Source of the DNA: Actinomycetes bacterium
Lineage (GTDB): Bacteria; Actinomycetota; Acidimicrobiia; Acidimicrobiales; UBA8190
NCBI GenBank assembly: GCA_021848085.1
Contig: JAJZNB010000181.1
Coordinates: 1 to 38,748 of the forward strand
Length of the DNA: 38,748 nucleotides
Reading direction: 5' to 3'
The notes below the pieces were generated by a model that made no database searches, was not told the origin of the DNA, and worked only from the letters and a program-made list of their open reading frames with translations. Positions 1-8,066 of the stretch are shown here, one piece after another. The position numbers and the translations under genes are program-made. How positions within the stretch are numbered: the stretch's first letter is position 1; each line of letters opens with the position of its first letter.

Positions 1-195
1 GGCGCTGCCAGCGTCGGCTCCCTGCCGAACGCCGAAGCGGGCCACGCCGACCAAAGACCGCCCAGCGCCGGCCGCCGTCAGCGACCGGCCCGGCGTCGGC
101 GTTCCACGACGCGACGCGTACGCGTACGCGTTTTGCACCCGAGCTCTGGTAGGTCGGCCGATGGCAGCGGGCCCGGATCGGCAGACGCTAGGAGC

Positions 196-933
196 ATGAC
201 AACGCTTCTCGATCCCCCCATCGGGACGGTCCCCTCCGGCGGCGAGGGAGACGAACCCCGATCCCATCAGGCCGAGCTCCGCATCCCGGCCCCGACGGCG
301 GCTCCCCCCCAGCCTCGTCAACCCAAGCCGACCCACACCCGGACCGAGCCGTTCCCGCTGTCGATCGTCTTCATCGTGGCTCTGGTCGTGGTGCTGGGAG
401 GCCTCGGGGCATGGGCGGCCGTGTCGAGCATGGGCGGCCAGAGCACCAGCAGCTGGGAGCTCGTCCCCGCCGGCTCGGACTACAGCACCACCCCGCCGGC
501 CAAGCCGGCCGCCCCGGTGATCCCCGCCTCGGCCCATACGACGGCGGCGGCCCTGCCCCCGATGGTCGAAACGGCGCCGGCGACGGCCATCACCTTGAAG
601 ATCGACTCCGGACCCCTCGGCGGCACCTACGGCCCCAACGGGCAGGTCGTGGACGACTTCTCCCCCGCCTTCTTCACCGTTCCGGCCGGAAAGAAGATCA
701 CCGTCACGGTCTACAACTACGACACCGCCTGGCACACCTTCGCCGCCCCCGGCCTCGGCCTCAACGTCTGGTTCACCCCCCATGTCAGCGCCAGCCAGCC
801 GTCGAAGACCACCTTCACCTTCACCGCTCCCAAGGCCGGCTACTACCAGTGGTTCTGCGCCACGCCCTGCGACCCGTTCTCCATGGCCACCAGTGGCTAC
901 ATGCAGGGCGACGTCCACGCCACCAAGGCCTGA
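196..933 (+). CDS. membrane-anchored cupredoxin-like protein
   Basis: ORF 133..933. I prefer the in-frame ATG at 196, though TTG 133 is possible. Pro-rich N-terminus and one hydrophobic helix (FPLSIVFIVALVVVLGGLGAWAAV). The C-terminal ~100 aa show a cupredoxin pattern (TVPAGKKITVTVYNYDTAWHTF ... GYYQWFCATPCDPFSM..GYMQG). Confidence 0.6.
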   Translation: MTTLLDPPIGTVPSGGEGDEPRSHQAELRIPAPTAAPPQPRQPKPTHTRTEPFPLSIVFIVALVVVLGGLGAWAAVSSMGGQSTSSWELVPAGSDYSTTPPAKPAAPVIPASAHTTAAALPPMVETAPATAITLKIDSGPLGGTYGPNGQVVDDFSPAFFTVPAGKKITVTVYNYDTAWHTFAAPGLGLNVWFTPHVSASQPSKTTFTFTAPKAGYYQWFCATPCDPFSMATSGYMQGDVHATKA

Positions 934-984
934 AGCTGCCAGGACCAGCCCGGCGACCTGAGGCCGCCGGCGCCAGCGTTGCCG

Positions 985-1020
985 CCAGCTTCGCCTGCCG
1001 AACCCGGTAGGCGAAGCTGG
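985..1020. terminator. hairpin between the convergent cupredoxin and rnhA genes
   Basis: Perfect 12-bp inverted repeat, CCAGCTTCGCCT (985-996) and AGGCGAAGCTGG (1009-1020), with a 12-nt loop. It lies in the 151-bp gap between two convergent stop codons. There is no U-tract. Confidence 0.45.
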
Positions 1021-1084
1021 GGCGCGCTTGCCGCCCCCCAGAGCCCCCCATCAGAACGAGCCAACCGGCACAACGAGCCGACCC

Positions 1085-1699
1085 TCAGCACACGCCGTCC
1101 TGGGCCGACCCGGGCGCCGGCCGGGAAGCTCGCGCCGCGCCCGGCGCTTCGGTGCCGCCCGACGTCCCCACCTGGCGGTCGGCGGCCTCGGTGGCGAGTT
1201 GGTCCACCCAGTGGTTCATCGGATCGGCGCCGTGGCCCTTGACCCACTGCAAGCGCACCGGGCGCTCCGAGTGGAGCACCAGGTCGAGCAGCGGCTCCCA
1301 CAGATCACGGTTGGCCACCGGCCGGTTGGCCGCGTTGCGCCAGTTGCGCCGCTGCCAGCCGACGTACCAGCGGTCACGGAAGCAGTTCACCACGTAGGTC
1401 GAGTCGGAGCGGACCAGCACCGGGCCCGGGACCGCCTCGAGCGCCCGCACCACGGCGGTGATCTCCATCCGCTGATTGGTGGTGTGCGGTTCGGCCCCGC
1501 TGGCGTAGGCACCGCCGGGAACGGCCCACGCCCAACCTCCGGGTCCCGGGTTCCCCCGGCACGCCCCGTCGGTGTACACCACCAGCTCCCCCGCCCTGTC
1601 CTCCGTGTCGGCAGCCACCAGAGCAGTCTGCCTGCTGGGCGCCGGCGCCGGTTGCACCGCCGTCGACCCGCTCTCACCTGGTGGTCCCCGGCTCGCCAT
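1085..1699 (-). CDS. rnhA: ribonuclease HI
   Basis: ORF 1085..1873, trimmed to the ATG at 1699 (MASRGPP..). RNase H core: VVYTDGACRGNPGPGGWAW, TNQRMEITAVVRALE, VRSDSTYVVNCF, WVKGHGADPMNHWVDQLA. The start is uncertain within the ~45-aa N-terminal extension. Confidence 0.85.
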   Translation of the reverse strand: MASRGPPGESGSTAVQPAPAPSRQTALVAADTEDRAGELVVYTDGACRGNPGPGGWAWAVPGGAYASGAEPHTTNQRMEITAVVRALEAVPGPVLVRSDSTYVVNCFRDRWYVGWQRRNWRNAANRPVANRDLWEPLLDLVLHSERPVRLQWVKGHGADPMNHWVDQLATEAADRQVGTSGGTEAPGAARASRPAPGSAQDGVC

Positions 1700-1717
1700 C
1701 GGGCGCCCCACCCTCGG

Positions 1718-1723
1718 TAGTGT
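1718..1723 (+). promoter_or_regulatory. candidate -10 hexamer (TAGTGT) for a leaderless glycosylase mRNA
   Basis: TAnnnT hexamer 7 nt upstream of GTG 1731. Only 31 bp separate the divergent rnhA and glycosylase start codons. Confidence 0.35.
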
Positions 1724-1730
1724 CCGACCC

Positions 1731-2405
1731 GTGACTCCCCGCTCGCGGCTGCTGGACGACGCCGTCAGCCACCTGGGCGCCGTGGACCCGGTGGTGGCCG
1801 CCCTGGCTGCGCGCCACGGGCCGCCACGCCTGACCCGACGGCGCCACGGTCGCACCCACTTCGAGGCGCTCACCCGCTCGATCCTCTACCAGCAGCTGGC
1901 CGGCAGCGCCGCCGCCGCCATCCACCAGCGCTTCCTGGCTGCTGTGGGCGGCACGGCCACCCCTGAGGCCGTGCTGGCCTGCTCGGTCGAACGCCTGCGG
2001 GAATGCGGGCTCAGCGGTGCCAAGGTGGCCGCCGTCCACGACCTGGCCCGCCGGGTCCATCACGGCGAGCTGCGACTGGCGGGCATCGGCCGCCTGCCTG
2101 ACGAGGCCGTCGTGGAACGCCTGGTGCAGGTGCGCGGCGTCGGCCGCTGGACGGCGGAGATGTTCCTCATCTTCACCCTGGGCCGTCTCGACGTCTGGCC
2201 GACCGGAGACTTCGGGGTCCGGGCCGGCTACGCCCAGGCCTGGGCGCTGCCCCAGGCGCCAGCCCCCAAGGAGCTGCACGCGCTCGGTGAGCGGTTCCGG
2301 CCCTATCGCAGCGTGGTGGCGTGGTACTGCTGGCGGGCCGCCGACCAGCGCCGGAGCCCGGCGGCGGCTACCGCGGCGCTAGCAGCGTCGAGTAGAAGTA
2401 AGTGA
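1731..2405 (+). CDS. DNA-3-methyladenine glycosylase II-like (HhH-GPD superfamily)
   Basis: ORF 1572..2405, trimmed to GTG 1731. HhH-GPD marks: FEALTRSILYQQL, GLSGAKVAAVHDLA, VRGVGRWTAEMFLIF, DVWPTGDFGVRAGY. Confidence 0.8.
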   Translation: MTPRSRLLDDAVSHLGAVDPVVAALAARHGPPRLTRRRHGRTHFEALTRSILYQQLAGSAAAAIHQRFLAAVGGTATPEAVLACSVERLRECGLSGAKVAAVHDLARRVHHGELRLAGIGRLPDEAVVERLVQVRGVGRWTAEMFLIFTLGRLDVWPTGDFGVRAGYAQAWALPQAPAPKELHALGERFRPYRSVVAWYCWRAADQRRSPAAATAALAASSRSK

Positions 2406-3136
2406 TGGCAGACGTCGACACCCTCATCGAGGGTCCGGTCCTGACCCTGGTGATCAACCGGCCCGACAAGAAGAACTCGCTCACCTCGGCGATGTACCAG
2501 ACCCTGTCTGACGGTCTGCAGACGCTGCAGGAGCGTGACGATCTGCGGGTCGGTGTCCTGCGCGGCAGCGGCCCCGACTTCTGCGCCGGCAACGACCTGT
2601 TCGACTTCGCCGCGCCCGGTGACCCCGAAGCTCCGGTGACCTCGTTCCTGCGCGGCCTGGCCGAGGCGGCCAAGCCGCTGGTGGCCGCCGTCAACGGCCG
2701 GGCGGTGGGGGTCGGTGCGACCATGCTGCTGCACTGCGACGTGGTGCACCTGTCCACCGATGCCGAGCTGCGCTTTCCGTTCGTCGACCTCGGCTTGGTC
2801 CCCGAAGCCGGCAGCACCCTGCTGCTGCCGCAGCTGGCCGGTCGCCGGCGAGCCGCCTCCGCGCTGTTGCTGGGCCGCCCGGTCCCGGCGGCCGACGCGC
2901 TGTGGTGGGGGATGGCCACCGACGTCAACGACGATCCCGATGCGGCCGCCTCGGCCTCGGCCGCCGCCCTGGCGGCCAAGCCGCCCCAGGCGCTGGCCGC
3001 CACCAAACGGCTGCTGTGGGGCGACCGCACCAGCCTGCTGCAGCAGATGTCGGTGGAAGGTTCGGTCTTCGCCAAGCTGCTGGCCGGCGACGAGTTCGCC
3101 GCCGCCACCGAACGGTTCCGCTCGCGGCGCTCCTGA
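2405..3136 (+). CDS. enoyl-CoA hydratase/isomerase (crotonase) family protein
   Basis: ORF 2402..3136. ATG 2405 overlaps the upstream TGA (TGATG). Crotonase marks: LVINRPDKKNSL, GSGPDFCAGNDL, AAVNGRAVGVGATMLLHCD, FVDLGLVPEAGST. Confidence 0.85.
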   Translation: MADVDTLIEGPVLTLVINRPDKKNSLTSAMYQTLSDGLQTLQERDDLRVGVLRGSGPDFCAGNDLFDFAAPGDPEAPVTSFLRGLAEAAKPLVAAVNGRAVGVGATMLLHCDVVHLSTDAELRFPFVDLGLVPEAGSTLLLPQLAGRRRAASALLLGRPVPAADALWWGMATDVNDDPDAAASASAAALAAKPPQALAATKRLLWGDRTSLLQQMSVEGSVFAKLLAGDEFAAATERFRSRRS

Positions 3137-3187
3137 CGCGGCGGCGCACCGGCCTTGGGGGGGTGTCGTCCGGCCCGCCGCCCGTCC

Positions 3188-3193
3188 TAGGCT
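3188..3193 (+). promoter_or_regulatory. candidate -10 hexamer (TAGGCT) for leaderless aceE
   Basis: TAnnnT hexamer 6 nt upstream of GTG 3200. No Shine-Dalgarno sequence lies between them. Confidence 0.35.
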
Positions 3194-3199
3194 GGCGAG

Positions 3200-5983
3200 G
3201 TGCTCTTCGACGGCGTATCCCACCAGCTTCCCGACATCGACCCGGAGGAGACCGAGGAGTGGCTCGACTCCTTCGACGCCGTGCTCGACCAGCGAGGCCG
3301 CACCCGGGCCCGCTACCTCCTCATGCGGCTGCTGGAGCGGGCCCGCACCAAGCAGGTCGACTTCCCCGCCACCGTCTCGAGCCCGTACGTGAACACCATC
3401 TCGCGCGACGAGGAGCCGTGGTTCCCCGGTGACGAATACCTGGAGCGGCGCATCCGCGCCTACATCCGCTGGAACGCGGCCGTCATGGTGGTGCGCGCCA
3501 ACCACCTGGCCGAAGGCATCGGCGGGCACCTGTCGACCTTCGCCAGCTCGGCGTCGCTGTACGAGGTCGGCTTCAACCACTTCTTTCGGGGCAAGGCCGA
3601 CGGTGGCTTCGGCGACCAGGTCTTCGTGCAGGGCCACGCCTCTCCCGGCATCTACGCCCGGGCCTTCGTCGAGGGCCGCCTCGACGAGCACCAGCTGGAC
3701 CGCTTCCGCCAGGAGGTCGGCGGCGACGGCCTGCCCAGCTACCCACACCCCCGGCTGCTGCCCGACTTCTGGGAGTTCCCCACCGTCTCCATGGGCCTCG
3801 GCCCGCTGACCGCCATCTACCAGGCCCACGTCAACCGCTATCTGCTGCACCGCCAGCTGGTCGACACCAGCGCCAGCCGGGTGTGGTGCTTCGTCGGCGA
3901 CGGCGAGCTCGACGAGGTGGAGACCATCGGCGCACTGTCGGTGGCGGGGCGCGAGCACCTCGACAACCTCATCTTCGTCGTCAACTGCAACCTGCAGCGC
4001 CTCGACGGCCCGGTCCGGGGCAACGGCAAGATCATCCAGGAAGCCGAAGCGCTGTTTCGCGGCGCGGGCTGGAACGTCATCAAGGTCATCTGGGGCTCCA
4101 AGTGGGACGAGCTGCTGGCCCGCGACGTCGACGGGGTCCTGCTCGACAAGATGAACACGACGCCCGACGGCGAGTTCCAGAAGTACGCCACCGAGAGCGG
4201 TGCCTACATTCGCGAGCACTTCTTCGGACCCGACCCGAGGCTGCGGCGCCTGGTGGAGCACCTCTCCGACGAGGAGCTGCAGGCCCTGCCCCGCGGCGGG
4301 CACGACTACCGGAAGCTCTATGCCGCCTACAAGCGCGCCACGGAGCAGACCGGCTCCCCGACTGCCATCTTGGCCAAGACCATCAAGGGCTGGACCCTCG
4401 GCCCCGAGATCGAGGCCCGCAACGCCACCCATCAGATCAAGAAGATGACCAAGGCCCAGCTCCTGGCCTTGCGCGACCGGCTGTTCCTCCAGGAGGAGAT
4501 CCCCGAGTCGGCCCTCGACGCCGAGCTGCCGCCCTACTACCGACCGCCGGAAGGCTCCGACGCCCACCAGTACCTCCAAGCCCGCCGGCAGCTGCTGGGC
4601 GGCCCTCTGCCGGCGCGAGTCATCCGGCCCGCCCCGGTGGCCAAGGCCGACCCCAAGGTCTTCGCCGATCTGCTGGCCGGTTCCGGCACCCAGGCGGCGT
4701 CGACCACCATGGCCTTCGCCCGTCTGATGCGCCTGCTGGTGCGCGACGCCGGGGTCGGCCACCTGGTGGCCCCCATCGTGCCCGACGAGGCCCGCACCTT
4801 CGGCCTGGAACCGATCATCGCCGAATCGAAGATCTACGCCCCTGAAGGGCAGCGCTACACCCCGGTCGACTCCGACCTCATCCTGCGCTACGCCGAGTCG
4901 CAGTCGGGACAGGTCCTCCAGGAGGGCATCACCGAAGCCGGAGCCATGGCCGCGTTCGTGGCCCTGTCGACGGCCTATGCCACCTGGGGCCGCCCCATGC
5001 TGCCGATCTACAGCTTCTACTCCATGTTCGGGTTCCAGCGGGTGGGAGACCTGGCCTGGCTCCTCGGAGACATCCGCGGCCGGGGCATCCTGGCCGGCTG
5101 CACCGCCGGCCGCACCACCTTGTTGGGCGAGGGCCTGCAGCACGCCGACGGCCACTCGCCGCTGCTGGCCAGCGTCAACCCGGCGGCTCGGGTCTACGAT
5201 CCGGCCTTCGCCTACGAGCTGGCCCTCGTCATGGAGCACGCCGTAGAGCGCATCCTGGGAGAGGAACCTGAGGACCGGTTCTTCTACCTGACGCTCTACA
5301 ACGAGAACTACGCCATGCCACCGCTGCCCGGCGGCGCCGAGGGCGAACGGATCCGCCAGGGGGTGCTGCGCGGCCTGTACCGCTTCGCCGAGCCGGCCCA
5401 GACAGCCCACCCTGACGGGGCCGAGAGCCAGCCCCGCCGCGCCACGCTGCTGTTCTCCGGGCCGCTGTGGCAGGCGGCCGCCGAGGCCCGCTCGGCGCTG
5501 GCCGAGGACTGGGGGGTGTCGGTCGACACCTGGTCGGCGACCTCCTACAGCGAGCTGCGCGCCGACGCCATGTCGGCCGAGCGCTTCAACCGGCTGCATC
5601 CCGGCGAGCCGGTCCGTGAGCCCTACGTCACCGACATGCTCGGGACCGGCGACGACCCGGTGGTAGCGGTCACCGACTACGTCCGCGCCGTGCCGGATCA
5701 GGTCAGCCGATGGGTGCAGCGTCCGTGGACGTCGCTCGGCACCGACGGCTTCGGCCGCTCCGATACCCGGGGGCCCCTGCGCCGGTTCTTCGAGATCGAC
5801 GAGGGGCACCTGGTGGTGGCGGTGCTCGCCGCCCTGGCCGCCCGAGGGCGCGGCGACGTCGCCGAGGTGCGCCGGGCGGTGGAGCACTACGGCATCGATC
5901 CCGATGGCCCCGACCCGTGGACGGCGGACCTGCAACACCACGTCCCGCTGAGCACCGCGCCGGGATCGACCCGCCCGAGCTGA
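3200..5983 (+). CDS. aceE: pyruvate dehydrogenase E1 component, homodimeric type
   Basis: 927-aa ORF. The N-terminus is typical of actinobacterial AceE (LPDIDPEETEEWLDSFDAV, YVNTISRDEEPWFPGDE, IRWNAAVMVVRAN, GGHLSTFASSASLYEVGFNHFFRGK). The length fits the ~900-aa E1 class. Confidence 0.95.
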   Translation: MLFDGVSHQLPDIDPEETEEWLDSFDAVLDQRGRTRARYLLMRLLERARTKQVDFPATVSSPYVNTISRDEEPWFPGDEYLERRIRAYIRWNAAVMVVRANHLAEGIGGHLSTFASSASLYEVGFNHFFRGKADGGFGDQVFVQGHASPGIYARAFVEGRLDEHQLDRFRQEVGGDGLPSYPHPRLLPDFWEFPTVSMGLGPLTAIYQAHVNRYLLHRQLVDTSASRVWCFVGDGELDEVETIGALSVAGREHLDNLIFVVNCNLQRLDGPVRGNGKIIQEAEALFRGAGWNVIKVIWGSKWDELLARDVDGVLLDKMNTTPDGEFQKYATESGAYIREHFFGPDPRLRRLVEHLSDEELQALPRGGHDYRKLYAAYKRATEQTGSPTAILAKTIKGWTLGPEIEARNATHQIKKMTKAQLLALRDRLFLQEEIPESALDAELPPYYRPPEGSDAHQYLQARRQLLGGPLPARVIRPAPVAKADPKVFADLLAGSGTQAASTTMAFARLMRLLVRDAGVGHLVAPIVPDEARTFGLEPIIAESKIYAPEGQRYTPVDSDLILRYAESQSGQVLQEGITEAGAMAAFVALSTAYATWGRPMLPIYSFYSMFGFQRVGDLAWLLGDIRGRGILAGCTAGRTTLLGEGLQHADGHSPLLASVNPAARVYDPAFAYELALVMEHAVERILGEEPEDRFFYLTLYNENYAMPPLPGGAEGERIRQGVLRGLYRFAEPAQTAHPDGAESQPRRATLLFSGPLWQAAAEARSALAEDWGVSVDTWSATSYSELRADAMSAERFNRLHPGEPVREPYVTDMLGTGDDPVVAVTDYVRAVPDQVSRWVQRPWTSLGTDGFGRSDTRGPLRRFFEIDEGHLVVAVLAALAARGRGDVAEVRRAVEHYGIDPDGPDPWTADLQHHVPLSTAPGSTRPS

Positions 5984-6046
5984 CCGGCCTGCCCCGGCTG
6001 CGGCCCGGCCTGCCCCGGCTGCGGCCCGGCCTGCCCCGGCTGCGGC
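5984..6046. repeat. perfect 21-bp tandem repeat x3 (CCGGCCTGCCCCGGCTGCGGC)
   Basis: Copies at 5984-6004, 6005-6025 and 6026-6046 are identical. The array starts on the base after the aceE TGA (5981-5983). Confidence 0.95.
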
Positions 6047-6064
6047 AGGGTCCTCCGGCCAAAA

Positions 6065-6093
6065 CCGTTACCCCAGGACAACCGGGGGTAAGG
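6065..6093 (+). terminator. hairpin downstream of aceE and the 21-bp array
   Basis: CCgTTACCCC (6065-6074) pairs with GGGGTAAGG (6085-6093): 9 bp with one bulge and a 10-nt loop. There is no U-tract. Function is uncertain. Confidence 0.3.
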
Positions 6094-6243
6094 TCGCTGT
6101 GCTGGACAGACCTGCCGGGCCGCTCCGAGCCGCCGAAGGAGCCCCCTCTGGCGCGGCCTCGCGGGCCTGCAGCCAGCCCGCCGGCGTCGTCACCACGGCA
6201 CGCCGCACCAACGAGACGAACGCGACGACGGGGGCCACAACAC

Positions 6244-7191
6244 GTGAGACCGAGCCGACAGCCCGAGGCGGGCCCCGAGCTGCTCCCGACCGCGCAGGCG
6301 ATCTTGGGCCGCGCCAACGGAGAGAACTTCCCCGTGGCAAGCCGACTGCTCCCCAAGGCGCTGCGGCGGGACCTGCTCGCCCTCTACGGCTTCGCCCGCC
6401 TCACCGACGAGATCGGCGACGGGGACCACCCGCCGGCAGAGATCCTGGCTGCCTTGGACTGGCTCGACGCCGAGATCGACCGGGCCGCCGCCGGCCGGGC
6501 CCGTCATCCACTGCTGGTCGCCGCCGGCGACACCATCCGGCGCCACCGCCTCGACCCCGGCGTGTTCCATCAGCTGGTGCAGGCCAACCGCCAGGATCAG
6601 ACGGTCCGGCGTTACGGCAGCTTCGAGCAGCTCGTCGACTACTGCCGGCTCTCCGCCATGCCGGTGGGCCGCATGGTGCTGGGCGTGGTGCACGCCGATA
6701 GCGCCGAGCGCGTCGCCTGGTCCGATGACGTGTGCGTGGCACTGCAGCTGGTGGAGCACTGCCAAGACGTCTTCGAGGACGCCGGGCGCGACCGTGTCTA
6801 CCTGCCCGCCGAGGACCTCGCCCTGTTCGGCTGTGACGAGGCCGACATCATGGCGGCCCGGCCCACCGACGCCGTGAGGGCGGCGGTGGCGCTGCAGATC
6901 GACCGGAGCCGCAGCCTGCTGAGCGCCGGGGCGCCCCTGGCCGCATCGCTGCCGGGACGGCTCAGGCTGGCGGTGGCGGCCTTCGCCGCCGGGGGCCTGG
7001 GCGCTGCCGACGAGCTGCGGCGCCGCGGCTACGCCCCGCTCACCCCCGGCGCCGGCACCGACATCGGCCGCCGGGCCCGCCGCCTCGGGTCGCTGCTGTG
7101 GCACACCGCCCGGCTGGCCGGAGCCGGCGTCAACCAGCCCGCGGCGGCCATCGCCCCGGTGGCGGTCACGTCCCCACGGGCGAGCCGGTGA
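6244..7191 (+). CDS. hpnC: hydroxysqualene synthase (squalene/phytoene synthase family)
   Basis: ORF 5710..7191, trimmed to GTG 6244 because the upstream part overlaps aceE and the repeat. HpnC-type N-terminus (GENFPVASRLLP). Asp-rich motifs: FARLTDEIGD and HCQDVFEDAGRDRVYLP. First gene of the hpn operon. Confidence 0.85.
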   Translation: MRPSRQPEAGPELLPTAQAILGRANGENFPVASRLLPKALRRDLLALYGFARLTDEIGDGDHPPAEILAALDWLDAEIDRAAAGRARHPLLVAAGDTIRRHRLDPGVFHQLVQANRQDQTVRRYGSFEQLVDYCRLSAMPVGRMVLGVVHADSAERVAWSDDVCVALQLVEHCQDVFEDAGRDRVYLPAEDLALFGCDEADIMAARPTDAVRAAVALQIDRSRSLLSAGAPLAASLPGRLRLAVAAFAAGGLGAADELRRRGYAPLTPGAGTDIGRRARRLGSLLWHTARLAGAGVNQPAAAIAPVAVTSPRASR

Positions 7192-8066
7192 AGCCGGCCG
7201 ACGCATACCAGGTCTGCGAGGAGATCACCCGCCACGAGGCCAAGAACTTCTCCTACGGCATCCGGCTGCTGCACCCACCCGAGCGCGCTGCGCTCTCCGC
7301 CGTGTACGCCTTGGCCCGGCGGGTCGACGACATCGGCGACGGCGACGCCGCCCCCGCAGAGAAGCTGGCCGCTCTCGACCAGGTGCGCGGTGCGCTGCAC
7401 GCCATCGAGTCGAGCTCGACGGCGCCCGGCGGCGACGGGGAGGACCCGGTGCTGGTGGCCGTGGCCGACGCCTGGCGGCGCTACCAGCTGCCGCTGGACG
7501 CCTTCGATGAGCTGATCGACGGCTGCGAGACCGACGTCCGCGGCATCGCCATCGGCACCGAGGAGGACCTGATCTCCTACTGCCGCAAGGTGGCCGGCTC
7601 CATCGGCCGCCTGTCGCTGGCCGTCTTCGGCAGCCGCGACCCGCAGCGGGCTCCGCAGCTGGCCGATGCCCTGGGGGTGGCGCTGCAGCTGACCAACATC
7701 CTGCGCGACGTCGTCGAAGACCGGCAGATGGGTCGGGTGTACCTCCCCGCGGACGACGCAGCCCGGCTCGGCCTTCCCGCCGACCTGCAGGCCCCGTCGG
7801 CTGCCATCGCCGAGCTGGTCGCCTTCGAGTGCGACCGGGCGCGGCGCTGGTTCGACGAAGGGCTGCAGCTGCTGCCGCTGCTCGACCATCGCAGCCGCGC
7901 CTGCGTGGGAGCCATGGCCGGCATCTACCGCCGGCTGCTGCGGCGGATCGAGGCCGATCCCGGAGCCGTCACCCGGGTACGGCTTTCGCTGCCGGTGTGG
8001 GAGAAGGCGTGGGTGGCGGCCGCCGCCCTGGCCGGCCGGCCGGCGATCGGAGGGCGGCGCCGATGA
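7188..8066 (+). CDS. hpnD: presqualene diphosphate synthase (squalene/phytoene synthase family)
   Basis: ORF 7098..8066, trimmed to GTG 7188, which overlaps the hpnC stop (GTGA). Marks: AKNFSYGIRLL, YALARRVDDIGDGD, LTNILRDVVEDRQMGRVYLP. Confidence 0.9.
   Translation: MKPADAYQVCEEITRHEAKNFSYGIRLLHPPERAALSAVYALARRVDDIGDGDAAPAEKLAALDQVRGALHAIESSSTAPGGDGEDPVLVAVADAWRRYQLPLDAFDELIDGCETDVRGIAIGTEEDLISYCRKVAGSIGRLSLAVFGSRDPQRAPQLADALGVALQLTNILRDVVEDRQMGRVYLPADDAARLGLPADLQAPSAAIAELVAFECDRARRWFDEGLQLLPLLDHRSRACVGAMAGIYRRLLRRIEADPGAVTRVRLSLPVWEKAWVAAAALAGRPAIGGRRR

Noticed and set aside
2303-5941. 1212-aa minus-strand ORF, the longest in the track
   Set aside because: It is exactly antisense to aceE, whose product I recognise along its whole length. 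The translation is R/G/A/P/V-rich with no recognisable motifs. This is the usual stop-poor antisense frame of very GC-rich coding DNA.
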